A stretch of DNA of 64,000 nt, taken from the human T2T-CHM13v2.0 reference genome, Homo sapiens. The DNA is taken from the NCBI RefSeq assembly GCF_009914755.1, contig NC_060934.1; one strand, 5' to 3'. Below the pieces are notes generated by a model. The model was not told the origin of the DNA. It did not search any database and saw only the letters and a list, made by a program, of their open reading frames with translations. Shown piece by piece: positions 28,180 through 43,465 of the stretch (positions are counted from its first letter, which is position 1; every line of letters starts with the position of its first letter). The position numbers and the translations under genes were made by a program.

Positions 28180-28752
28180 TATTTTTACAACCAGCCAAAG
28201 TGAAAAAAAACTTAAAACCTAAATCACACATCACGTCACTCCTCTGCTCAACACCCCAGCAACTGCCCCCCTTAGTCAGAGCTGCCCAGATTCTGCAGTC
28301 CCTGTAATGGTTTACAGGCCTTGTAGGGTCCCCACCGTCCCCAGGCCCCTTCCTCCTTTCCACACAGGCTTCCTGCCTGGATTGCTTTTCCCACACGCCC
28401 CAGGTTCACTCCGTGCCCTTGCTATTCCCTTGCCTATACCAGGTTTTGCTCCAATGTGAAAACTAGACTTCCCTGACCAACTTATGCAAAATTGCAAACT
28501 CTCCTCCAACCCCCTGCCCAACCAAGTGAAACTTATCTCTTCCCCTGCTCCATTTTTCTCTATAGAACATATCCGTTTCTAATATTTTACTGATTGTTTG
28601 GTTTTGGGTTTTGTCTGCCTCTTTCCACTAAGAAGCTCCACGAGGGCAGGAATTTTCCTCTACTTTGCTCACTGCCACATTCCAAGTACTTAGAACAGCG
28701 CCTGGTTCATAGGACAGGCTCTTTCAATATTAAGTAAATGAACAAATGAATT
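28180..28752 (+). mobile_element. L2 3' end
   Basis: cttagaacagcgcctgg...aatgaacaaatgaat terminus. Confidence 0.8.
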
Positions 28753-29154
28753 CCATCATTACTGAATAATAAATGAAGGAGTGAGTGCATTTCCGCTATC
28801 CGGAAATGGGACAGAGAAGGCAAGTCTTCCAGGGCCTGCGAGGAATGCAGGCGGAGTCAAGTCTGAGCTTACTTCCACCCAACACAGCCCAATCCATGAT
28901 GGATTCTCTTTCGTGCTCATCTGTCTGGCCACCCCTTGACTTCCAATGATCATCAACGAATCTCATAGATTGGACCCCAAGGACAGTGACGCCAGTGTAA
29001 TATTTTAAATCCGTTAGTCCCAAGAATTCCAAAGGCATCCAATGAGCATCTCCCCACCTCCATTTCCCAAAGTTATACAATGCCCCTGGGCTATTCCTCA
29101 CATCACAGGCTACAAGGACAATAGTATCCAACATTGACAAACCTCAGCATAAAT

Positions 29155-29286
29155 CCGCAGGACACTGAAGTGGGAGGATCACCTGAGCCCAGGAGTTCAA
29201 GGTTACAGTGAGCTATGATTATGCTACTGCACTCCAGCCTAGGAAACAGAGCAAGACCCTGTCCAAGAAAAAAGAAAAAAAAAAAA
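29155..29286 (+). mobile_element. Alu right-arm fragment
   Basis: Partial Alu with A tail. Confidence 0.85.
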
Positions 29287-29784
29287 TCCAGAGCAACAAA
29301 AGCCAAAAAGAAACAGGAAGAGGACAAAATTTCATCCAAACTTCTAACTATTCTGCCCAATTGTACATCAAGTAATATTATACTTGGTTCAAGCACAAAC
29401 TCCACTCTGAATTTAAGAACCTCAGAACAGTAATTTAACTTTCTGTTTGGAGAGAAAAGAAAGACTAATGAGTCAAGCTGTAGTCCAGAAATCCAATGAC
29501 TGCATTATTTTCCTTCTTTATTCTTCTAAAATAAAGAGTGACCTTGAAAAAAACAACTGTACATCAATTTCCTTGTTTGTAGCAACATGAATAATAGAAT
29601 AACCCCATAGAAAACCAGCACCACCTTATGTACTTAGAACCAAAGTCTTGGTCTCCTTGGTCTCAACCTCCCTTTTCAGACTTGGTGGATTTTATCTGGC
29701 TGAGAAACTCCAGTCTCCTAGGCCAAAATTGTCCACCCCACATCACGAGCCTTCTAGCTCACAAATGTGCAATGACCGTGAAAA

Positions 29785-29985
29785 TAGGTAATATTTATGG
29801 GTCAGGCAGTTTATATGCATTATCTCATGTAAACCTCTCAACAACTCTTGGCAGTAGATGCTATTATTCAATATTATCTCCCATTTCACAGATAATGAAA
29901 TTGAGGTTGGAGAGATGAAGTGATTCCCCATGTGGATCTAGAGGTCAAAAAGAAATAAGTCTGGCTCTTAATGCCCACACTATAC
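29785..29985 (-). mobile_element. MIR
   Basis: cccatttcacagataatgaaattgagg core. Confidence 0.7.
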
Positions 29986-30015
29986 AGCAGGGCTGCAAAG
30001 GCCCTTGTATTATAA

Positions 30016-30504
<489 letters not shown>

Positions 30505-30854
30505 ATAAATTAAGTTCTTAAAATAAAAGTATATACGGAAATAAACGTAAGTCTTTACATCTTAAAAGTTAAGATGTAGGACCTCGTTATATTTGTTAAA
30601 TGATGCAAAATGAAATAAGACCACATGAACAAAATAGAATGGGCAAAATAGAAAAGTTCATAATGAACACAGACATGATATACATATTTTTCAGAAATCT
30701 ATTCCACCTGATTCAGTGTTTTTGGGAAACTGTTTCCTAAAAATCAGCTTAATCATAAAGAGAATGATTCTCCAGTTCAGAAAGGAACTTCTCATATTAT
30801 TAATACCATACAGAGAATAAATTGTCTTTAAAGCAAACACTAAAGTCATATTTA

Positions 30855-31202
<348 letters not shown>

Positions 31203-31504
31203 TCATGACTTTGTGCTCGTGGGTCTCAATAACACCTGTGTTTAGAAATTCACAATATGAAACAGAATATGAGAAAGGTAGCACAGCACTCAAAACCAGC
31301 AGCACAAACTCTACACATTATCCAAAATGCTAAAGAGATGCTGGATGTGCACTTTCCTCAATTATCAACATTGTAAAATAAATCTTCACAGCCTGGAATC
31401 TCTTTATTGCCTTTATTAACTCTTACTCCAAATCCAAATCTTACACAAAATCTAAAATAATTTGAAAATGCATTCCAATTTGAAATATATACAGGGGTAC
31501 TTTT

Positions 31505-32258
<754 letters not shown>

Positions 32259-33968
32259 TACATAAGTACTTCGGAAATCTTGAGTACTGTGCCTATAATA
32301 AGGTAACATTTCAACTTTCAAACTCACATTCAAAACCCAAGTAATCACTGGTAATCACTGCATTGCTACAGCTCAAACAATTGACACACCTGAAAAGACC
32401 AGAAGAGTGAAATAGGGAAAACATTACCTGGTTCCAGAGAGAAAACTGACTGGGCAAGGGAGGTGCGTTGGAAAAGCACTATCACATGGTCATTCGTGTT
32501 TCCACTTATTGAGCTGTGCCCAGTTCTTTATAATTATCCATTTTCTCTTTTCCTCCTCACAATCAATTCCTCTGCAGAGATTAACGCCCACTGCATGACA
32601 AGAACAGAGGCCCCAAGAGGTGGAGTTGGCCCCCACCTACTGATTATTGCCACCGCTCAAAAGCAATATTGGGAACAGCCCTACAGTCTCCAGCAGGGCC
32701 CAGACCCCATATTTCAAAACAACGGTTCATAGAAAAGTTAAAAACATCCATCACACCACAAGTGCTGAATTTCTGGCCACTCAAGTGGTAAAATAGAAAG
32801 AATCAGTAGAAACTCCAAGGAAAGAAAAAACTGCTGGCATTCATTTATTGGGGGACAGGAGGAATTCTATTCATGTAATTTGCGAGAAGTAGCTTTGCCC
32901 TTTCTTTAAAGACCAGGAGAGTTTTCCATTTGGCATCTTTTTGGTGTGGTTGTAAGCACGGGGCAAAAAAGTACAAATGTGCTTTTGTACAAATGGACAA
33001 AGAGTTATCAAAAAATTAACTCAACAGTATTTAGGAGGCATTGAAAGCTAGGATCTGATTATGAGGAGGAAAAGAGAGCAGTGTGTTTGGGATTCGTTTT
33101 CAAAGTCAGGAGCAAACATGGAAGAAGAATGGTGTTTTCAAAACACACATTAATTCAATTGATGGATAAGATTTCTATCAGGTAATAAAGTTCACCTGGG
33201 AGAATAGGCTAACCAGGGAGCATGTCTACTGGAAACAAAGCAAGACCAACCCATTTCTTATCACAGGACATAACTATGCTGCCTTCGTGCTTTTTTTTTT
33301 TAGGAGCCCATTACTTATATATAAAAAATGGCAATTACAAAAGTCTATTTCACTCACTCTTGAAATACAGATACAATCCTTCATTGCTTAATAAAATAAT
33401 AAAAGAAGTTTTAAGAAAGTGAAGCTATCTGAGAAACTTTCATGAGAAAATTAATAATTAAATTCTGAAATTGAAATATAAATCCTAAATCGTAGGAATA
33501 TTAAGATTATAAATCTTCACACTAGAATCTCTACATTGAACTACAGCCAAGGTCACAATCATGAGTTTTTCCCCCTTCTTTTTAAAATAAAACAAGAACT
33601 ATGTCATTTTCTATAAAAATTTAAACCATATTTCTTCTTGCCATTTGAAACTGAAATTCATTTCCTTATGAATATTTCAATACCATTCTCCTACAAGCAA
33701 GAACAATCTATCAGAGAACAATTTTCTAATTGTTTTACAAGCTTACAAAGCACATAATGTCACAAAGTAAAGGTCCTGGGTGAAAGAAGAGAAGGTTATT
33801 ACTCCTTGAAAATATTAGTGAAATCACAAAGATATGCATGTCAAAGGAAGAAACAGACACTGTGGTCAACTCGTAATTCAGAAAAAGTCTCCATTATTCC
33901 TTCACTTTTTTTTTTAACACTGATCTTTTATAAGCTTTATTGAGGTGTCATTGATATACAAAAAATTA

Positions 33969-34278
<310 letters not shown>

Positions 34279-34394
34279 TGACAGCATTGAATTTGTTTTA
34301 TAAAATTCTTCAGTTCACTGTGTATATATTTCCTTTCTTCTCTAGCATCAAAAACACAGTTAATTTTGCTCTGCTTGACTTTTCTTAGTGAACC

Positions 34395-34822
34395 TGTTGG
34401 AGTTGAATTGTATATGTATTGGAGTCCAAAAAGTGTGTTAGAGTCCTAACCCCACAGACCTCGGAATGTGACCTATTTGGAGATAGGGTCTTTGCTGAGG
34501 TAATCAAGTGAGAATGAGGTCATAGGTGTGGGCCCTAATACAAGATGGCTGGTGTCCTTAGAAAACGAGATTAGGACACAGACACACATGAAGGGAAGTT
34601 GATGTGAAGACACAGGGAGAAGACGGCTAGCCATCTATTCAACATAAGCCAAGGACAGGGGCCTGAAACAGAGTCTTCCCTCACAGGCCCCAGAAGAAAC
34701 CAACCCTACAGACACTTAGATTTCGGACTTTTAGTCTCTAGAACTGTGAGACAACAAATGTCTGTTATTTAAGACACCCCGTTTATGGTACTTTGTCACA
34801 GCAAGCCTAGCAAACTATGACA
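34395..34822 (+). mobile_element. MLT1 (MaLR) solo LTR
   Basis: tg...ca ends; 5-bp TSD gaacc; MLT1A/B-type sequence. Confidence 0.9.
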
Positions 34823-35329
34823 GAACCTATGAGGACTTTTTATTTTAAAGTCTTTACAAACCATTCTGCACTCATCCATGTGAGGATTTTGCCAGGAATT
34901 AATGTCACATTAATTAGGCTGTAATTTCTACAATCTGTCTCTTCCCCTTTCTAAAACTTGGGATGTTTTCTCATCCCCAAAGCTTTCTTTTGCTGACAAT
35001 TTCTCAAAGAGAATAGGCAATAGTAATAATAGCCAACATTTATACAGTGTCTACTCTATGTCAACTATTTACATAGATTATCTTATTTATCCTTGCAGTA
35101 ACCAGAAGAGGTAGCAAATACTATTATTATCAGCAACTGAGACACAGAATGCCCATTTTGCAGATGGGATAACTGAGACAACATCACCATTTTGTAGGTG
35201 AGGAAACCGAGGGATGGTGAGGCAAAGTAACTCAACGTCAGCCCCAGAAGGGAATGGTCCCTTCACTCCCCCACCACATCCGCTCTCACTGCTAAGGGAC
35301 ATGATTCCAGTGTTTCAGTTCCAGGACCA

Positions 35330-36600
35330 CATCTACAGGGTTTTCTCAGGTCCCTAAGATGCCACCCTCTGGATGGACAGATTCCAATTTCCTTAATCCA
35401 ACGCAAAACGACTTGATGTCTGACTACTGGCTCTCCTAATTTTTACTTTAATTTCTTAATGACGTTTTGGATCTTTTCTAGTTGTAAATCTGTTCTTCTC
35501 AGTTGAAAGGATAAAAGCTAAATAGGAATTGCATGAAAGCTAAATAGGATTTTTTTCTGTCATCGTTTATTATCACAATTATCCTCCCCAAGCCAGGGTT
35601 CCACTTTTTTCTTAGAATATAAGTGCTTTTGAAACCCACTTTGTCTTTAGAATTGTCACAAGCCATGGTTTTGAGCTTTTCTGATCCCATTCTTACTGTG
35701 TCTGCCATCTTTGAACACTCAGTGATCCATCTTTTAAACTGTGTGTTAGGCTAATCTGAGCTTAGAAAGCTCCCAAGGTATGTCCTATGATGCTTTTCCT
35801 CCACCCTTTTTTTAAAGATGTATTCCCCCTTTCTCTCTCTGAAATAATTAACACTTTTTCAATCAGGATTTTATTTTTCAAAGTCTTCTATCTCACTTGA
35901 GCCACCTTTTTTTCTTATTCCTTCTTCTGTTTGTTCAGCAAATCTTTATTAAAAGCTAACTGTGAGCTAATGACTAGACCAGTCACAGGGGTATGGCACA
36001 CATCGTTTATCTTAGAGTTTCTGAGAACCTAAGATTTCTTGAACAAGCACAGCCTTTCCTTCTTCCCCTACACCGTTTGAAGGTTTTCTTAAAAGGCTAG
36101 GTGTGGTGTGACTCCTTCTTTTGCTCTCCTGAACTTCAACATAACAGAGACTACGTGTTCTAAAGTCCTCACAACTGCTACCCCATCGACCAATTCTTTT
36201 CCAAATTAAGCGCAAAGCAGCTTGAAAGCAGTGACGTTGTCCACAAAAGCAAAGCAAGAAACCAACTGGTATTCTCTCTTAAACCTTCAGCAGATAACTC
36301 ATTGAAAAAGCCTCCATGACATTTCCAATCTGGACAAGAGGCACATGGTCTGCCATGCAGCGGGGCCACCTGTTTCCCTTCTTTTCCTTCTCACTCAAAT
36401 GTTCTCCATCATCTTTTCACCTTCAAGATTCTTTCTATTCATGGATTCACCTCCTAGACATGTTTCTCTTTTAGCATACCAAGCCTCTCCACTGTCACAA
36501 TTTAATCATCAGCCTGTCCCCATCCCACGTTGGCAAAACTCCTGGATCTTACGTATCTCATAATGTGGCTATGCATTGGTACAGACAGGTGAGGTCATAA
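35330..36600 (-). mobile_element. Highly decayed L3/CR1-like fragment
   Basis: Weak resemblance near 36200-36340 to the CR1 endonuclease region (MGDFN..ICW / FL.C..DNF). Confidence 0.35.
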
Positions 36601-37865
36601 ATATTCCCCTGCTGGTCTCTTCTGAGAATTACTTGATCCTTCCTCCATTCAGGGACTTCTTTTATGTTACCACCTGTTTTCTCCTGCTAGGGAATTAATT
36701 TTTAAATCCTCGGTAACAATTGTTCCTGACCCACCAGTATAGACCCAGAGAAAGAAGCCAGACTTGGGAAGCTTGCTATCAGATCAGCGACTGCTGTCTC
36801 CCATTCAGAGTAAAGGTTCTTTTACAGTCAATCAACACATGTTTATTCAGTCCCTGTTATATACTCATCACTGTATAAAGAAAAAAAAAAAACTAATATG
36901 CTTTTCTTTCAACGTCTGCCAAACTGCCATTCTGCAGGACACTTCCTGGGCAGCAGCCCCCGTGTGCAAATCTTGAGTGCTTTTTACGGGCCACTCAGCC
37001 CTGCAGGTATATATGACACAAGAGGCGCACAAATAAGCCAGCTTCCTGACTCCCAGCCAATTAAACCTGACATTACATAACTGCTGTTTTAAAAAAAGAC
37101 CACAGAGGCAAACCCTCTAAACAGAATTTTCTTTCTTTAGTAGCCTCTGAGGAAGAACTGTTCTAATATGGTGTTTCTATTCCTGATAGGAATAACCCTT
37201 AATTATCACGTGCCTTAAGCATCTAGAAATTTTTAAATAGAATTCCCCTTAATGTTAAGAGAATCAGAGAACTACGTCACTGGCAACAGAAAAGACTTCA
37301 AATAGAGAGAAAGAGAAACGGAGAGATAGTGGGGTTGGGGAGGGTGGGTTGGGGGAGAAGCACTGATCCTACAGAGTTATTTTTAAAGTTCTGGAAATGT
37401 GGGAGAAAAGGCAGAACATTGAAGAAAAATCACTTGAGAAAAGAAGATTCTTCCACAAGAGCCTGTTAAGACCTTTTATTCATCAGGAATTGACCATTAA
37501 TCCCTGATTAAATTTAGTTTCAGGAAATGAAGCCATCAAACTTATTTCCAGGGGGAAAAAAAAAAAAAACATGATATGCAAGTAAATGTGTATATGGTCT
37601 GATGTCTCAAACACATGGTTCACTCCTAGGACTTTGAAAAACAGAGTCATAACAAAGTGATTTTTATAAACTACCTTTGTAGACATTATTCTTGTCATCA
37701 TTTGTTCCATTGCATGTCAGTGACCCGTAATCCAGCTGCAAATTTCAATATTTCACCTACACAGAGGAAGTGTTTGCTACTGTTCATGTGCATTATCAGT
37801 CCAAGCATGGCCAGCAACATCTAGGATCGCCACACAGATCCTTATAGAAAGATATGTCTATTGCT

Positions 37866-38021
37866 TCTTTTTTATTTTTATTTTTATTTTTTGTTATTTT
37901 TTATTAGAGACAGGGTCTTGCTATGTTGCCCAGGCTGGTCTTGAACTCCTGACCTCAAGTGATTCTCCTGCTTCAGCCTCCCACAGTGCTGGGATTACAG
38001 TCTTGAGCCACCATACTCGTC
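37866..38021 (-). mobile_element. Alu monomer (FLAM-like)
   Basis: T-rich tail and left arm. Confidence 0.88.
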
Positions 38022-38491
38022 CTCTATTCCTTCTCATTGAGTCAGCTTTCTTGGCTGGGGATGCCTAGAATAAGGCTAAGCTGTATCATTCAGACAGCCA
38101 AAAGAACTCACCATGCCCCCAACAAAGCTAGATGGGCAATCTGTTCCAACAGAGGGACAATTTCTGAGCACACAGCACGTGTGCTTGTAGACAAAGGCAA
38201 TTAGACCATTCCTGACCTCAAGAATGTAATTTGCCAATAGGACAGACTCGTGTATCAATAAAAACAAAATCTAGAGAGTTATATTAAGAATCCGCCCATA
38301 ATTAGTGACCCCCCACCCCCTGTTCCTGTTCACAGGCAGCAAACTATTTCTAATCTTCCCCAACTTCTATTGACTGACTGGGGATGGTGGATTTTAGGCC
38401 CTCATTCATGTCCTGATGGAATAGGAAGGCTCAGGATGTAAAGAGGCAACCCATCAAAGGTAGCTTTGATGGCGACAGTGTGAAGCATGCC

Positions 38492-39215
38492 TGTTGTATA
38501 ATAAAGAATTTGAATGGCCTTTGTCCCTGGTTCCTGGGAGGCATACTCTAAATACTTGAAATTTCCCAAGTAATTGGAATGTCTTTGTTATTCATGAGCT
38601 CCTTGGACCATATCTAAGGGGATGTGATCAAGGTGGCTCAGTGCACCAGAAAAACCAACTCTGTGATTAGAGGTTTGGGGCTTTGAGCCGGATGAGATCA
38701 GCTGACCTTTTCCAGGGAAGAGAGGGGGCTGGAGATTGAACAATCACATCACCAATGAGTCAATCAATCATGCCTACATAATGAAACCCCAATAAAAACT
38801 CTGGATACCAAAGATTGGTGGAGATCCCTGGTTGATGATTGCACCAATGTGCCAGGAAGAAAACACATATTGATCCCACAGAGCAAGGACAGGGAAGCCC
38901 CATATCCAGGATCCTCTCAAACTTTGCCCTAAGTGTCTCTTCATCTGGCTGGTCTTGATTTGTATCTGTTATGCTAAAACAATCATCTTAAGTAGAGCAC
39001 TGTCCTGAGCCCTGTGAATTGTTCCAGCTAATTATCAAATCTGAGGGGGTCGTGGGAACTCTCAAATTTGCAGCCAGTTGGTCCAAACTGTAGGTGACCT
39101 AGGGACTCCTGGGCTTGAAGTGAGAGCAAATTTGTTGGGATCTGTGCCCTTCATTTGCAGAGTTGATGCTAACTCCACATGGTTGGCATCAGAATTGCAT
39201 TGCGGTATTGTAACA
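38492..39215 (+). mobile_element. MER21C-like LTR
   Basis: aatcaatcatgcctacataatgaaaccccaataaaaactctgga and other MER21 motifs. Confidence 0.82.
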
Positions 39216-39349
39216 CCCATTCTCAATTCCTTACACACTTGCTCTTTAAAAAGTAAAGTAGTCCCTTCAAGGAGCAAAGCTCTTGCAGGCTGACTTGACC
39301 TCGCCTATCCCAACTCACCTCCCACTCCAGGCTGAGAATATCTATGGTC

Positions 39350-40070
39350 CAATTTCAGCAGGAAACCAACTCAAATGGGAAGACAAACACGACCATCATA
39401 CAAAGCAGGCTCTTTGATAGGTGATATAATTGAGGCATAAAAAGTACAATGGATGGACAAAGAAAGAGTTCAGTAATTGATTGAGAGATTCAGAATATCT
39501 TCACAAAGGTAGGCATAGCCTTACAGATGTGCCTTAAGGATCAAAGTCACTCCAATGCCAGAGGGCATAAGAACAGCATGAGTAAAGGGTCAAATCACTG
39601 TGTCTAGTTAATAATGAGGAAAATTACAAATATATCTAAATTTTATTAATTCCTTACCATGTGCCTGAAACTCTGCTAAGCTCATTATTAGATTGGATAT
39701 TCCAATGAATCCTTAATCCTAAGAGATAGAGTCTATTATACCCATTTTACAGATGAGGATACTGAGGCTTAGGTTAAGAAATTTGGTGAAGGATTCAAAG
39801 CTAGCAGCCCAGTGTGGCTGGAGAGAAGGAGGTTAAATGGAAGTGGATAGAAGAAGGTAGATTGTGAAAGGCTCTGAAAGTCTGCTAGAAACCCAGTTTT
39901 TTTTCCTATAAGCAATAGGGAGCCATCACAGGTGTTTGAGCAAGAGAGTAGTATACTCAGAACCAAGTTTTCAGAAAATAACTGTGGTGGCAGGAAATGC
40001 ATGAAGCTCAGGAGACTGGGCAGATAGTGGGGAGAGTAGGCAGGAGAAGACAGTGCAGGTTATCCAAACA
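39350..40070 (-). mobile_element. L2 fragment with inserted MIR (~39610-39800)
   Basis: gcaatagggagccatcacagg (L2) and cccattttacagatgaggatactgaggct (MIR). Confidence 0.65.
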
Positions 40071-42286
40071 GGCCATCAAAAATACATCTACTTATAGGGC
40101 ACGTCTTTCTGCACTGAGGTATGCGTTTGCTGCAGTGTTCTTGCCACTCCCACGCATTGCCTGAATTTGCTGGAATTCACACTCTGGATCAATTAATGGA
40201 TACAGAGTCATATTTAAAAACCAAATCCAACATTGGCAGGCAACCTTCTAACTCCCGCTCCACATCCCAGATCTATAGACCCTTGGCTGAGTTCAGTCAT
40301 CCTATTTCTCCAAGTTCTCTGTGTTTGGTTGCACCTGCCTTTGATGGATAATGAGTCTCAGAGTGCTAATCAAAGATTTTTATCCAAATGGCTTTTTAGA
40401 CCGCTGAGCTGATGCAGAAGTACAACAGACCACCAGTCTGGTTATTGATCAGATGCTATTCAAGAATGCACACATCGAACTAGTTCTCTTCTGGCTCCTC
40501 CTAGAATTCAATAAGAATGAGTCAACAGAGAGTGTGAAAAAGTAAACAGAAGTCAAACGCGAAGCAACATCCTCCAAGACTCTGCTAAGAAAAATGCACA
40601 GCTAACTATAAATAAAATTAATACGGGATTTCCAGTGATGGAAGAAACAATCATTGCCACTTAAACCTGGTCCTTCTCACAACTTCCTGTTTTCATGGTT
40701 AGGTCTGTGCCCTATCTAGGTTCGACCAGAGAGGCCTGAAGAACTGTTAGACCCATTAGCAGGACTTTGCTGAATTCAAATAGCCAACCTGAGCATGGAA
40801 GAAATCAATAATAATCATTTTACTTAGTTCCTAAAACATTCTGGGTACTCAGCTCATAAATATTATTCTAGATTCCACGGTAAAGCCAAGGTCTCCTAAG
40901 GCTAAAAGCCAAGGTCTTCCTAGTAACACTAACTATAAGAACTGAAACAGAACAGAAACGTAATTGATTTCTCCTTCCTCTAGAGACTTAAAGGAGTTCT
41001 AAGCCCTCGAGGACAAGGGTGTCATGCATGGCTATGTCTGTATCTCTCTTACTCCCTGATGTCCTAGGAACCACTCTGTAAAGCACTCGTCTGAAAACAT
41101 TTAAAGAGGACCCACTGAAATGTCCTCTCGCACAGGCCCTTGACACATAATCAATATACCTTTAAGCACACATATCTATATCTTGCATTAACCTTGCATT
41201 TCACCATGATTGAGGAGAGATCTGCTGAGCTTCATCTCAAAATCTTTTCTAATCTGACATCATTCCATAATAAATACATCATCATAAACAGGCAGAACTT
41301 ACACATCAAAGGCACCTTTCAGAAACATTGCAAATGGGACAGAGAACCCAGAGTGTGGTTTGTAAATATGATTCCCTACAATGACTTAAAAGATACCAAA
41401 ATGCATTAGATGTTGCCAACGGTCCAATACGGTGACTGAGAACCAGATCATTTTGTATATACACTGGAACCTTTTTATTGGCTCAAAGTATCTCCTTCCT
41501 TTGTTTTCAATCATCCAATTATAACCCAAAAAGAAAAAAGAAAACTGTCATCCTGTCACGTCAGATACTGTGTCAAGGGGCAAAGGTTTAATTTTTTCCA
41601 TGAGGTATGTAACTAAAAAGTCAGGCAGGGCACATTGCAGTGGATGCTAACTAGAACTCTAACATGCCACAATATCCTTCCATAGAAACAGTCACTTTTA
41701 ACAATGTGACCTTTTCTCTTGTCTTTAAGGGAGAAATAGGAGACAACAATTTTCCATTCACTATTATAAGTAAAAGAGTGGACTGACATTTGGGTCCTGA
41801 AGTGTTATTTGATGGGCTCAAGCTTACAAACATTTCCCCATTTAATCTCTATAAAGTCCCTGGTAGGTGGGAATTATTTTCCCATTGTACAGATTACAAT
41901 TTAACCCAGAAGGAAATAAATGAGCATTCATAAGAAATGTTTTTAGAAAGATGTCACATTTTGAAACCAGACCTCTAAGTAGTGAAAGTAAATTCCCACT
42001 ACGTTCATTACAGATCAGAAAACGTGAGACTATCCCAACAGCAGGATACTTTATTATCCCTTGGAATTCAGGCTTAATGAACCCTAGTCACCAGTCCCCA
42101 CAGATCAGGCTCCTCAAAGCCTCATCCTAATCCAGTTCTTCTGGATCATGCAAGCTCTGTCTGCCTTCCCAAAAGAAACTAGCCTGGGCCTTATCCTAAA
42201 CTAGGGGCTAAGAGCAGAGGCTACACACAGTCCTCGCAGTCCCTGAGGTGACTAATATTATCAAGTACCTTCTAAATGCCAGGCTC

Positions 42287-42326
42287 ATCTACGGCCATAC
42301 CACCCTGGACGTGCCCAATCTCGTCT
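42287..42326 (+). pseudogene. 5S rRNA 5'-fragment retropseudogene (tailless)
   Basis: atctacggccataccaccctggacgtgcccaatctcgtct matches nt 1-40 of mammalian 5S rRNA with 4 mismatches; flanked by the direct repeat tgccaggct. Confidence 0.88.
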
Positions 42327-42668
42327 ACGTGCCAGGCTTGGGGGCATATGCAGATACATGGGACAGATCCCTTGGAGGATACAGACAGATAAGCTCATGG
42401 TTCCTGCACAGGGTGGTGTGGGCTCTTACTGCTGAGCTGAGACCTATGTGGTGACTGTGTTGGACTGAACCCCAGGGAAAGGTGTGGGGTCGGGTGTGAT
42501 GGGCACAAACAGAAAAGTGGCTGTTATGATTCACAAACTTATTGCATGTCATTGTACGTTACAGGTAACTTTCAGTGCTCTCTGATGTATGGAGCATTAA
42601 CAATATGGAACTAAACTAGTGTTTCTCATATCTTTCAATCACCACTTCCAATAAAAAATATTTTCTAT

Positions 42669-42955
<287 letters not shown>

Positions 42956-43259
42956 CTACATCATGATCCAGTACACATATGTACCCGTATCACTGAAAAA
43001 AAAGTTTGCCGAAAGAATTCTCTTTTTAGTACTTAAATGAATTCTGATGTTTTCTCTTCTCATTCTCTTTTCTTCCTTCTTTCAATTCTGGTTACAACTC
43101 TCTAATGGGTAGCAGCCCATAGTGCGAAAAACTTCGGTATAAACCTTTTAATAGGTGTGAGTGAGTTCTTATCATTTATTGATGTACTTCCTCTTCTCTC
43201 TTCCCCACTCTTTCTTCACCCCTCAAAAAAGTACCAATGAGGAAAGACGGACACTACTG

Positions 43260-43465
43260 TTTCCTGGAGGTCTGCCATGTGCCAGACACCAGGCTACGGC
43301 CTATCCTAGTGTTGTTTTGTTACTTCTCATACAGCCCTGTGGGTTTAGTATTACTGTGCCCATTTGACAGATGGAGAAACTGATGCTTGGCAATCGAGAG
43401 ACTTGCTCAGTAGGCCAGGATGGAGCTAGGATTCAACTCCAGCTCCATCTAGCTCCAAAACTCCA
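43260..43465 (-). mobile_element. MIR
   Basis: cccatttgacagatggagaaactga core. Confidence 0.65.
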
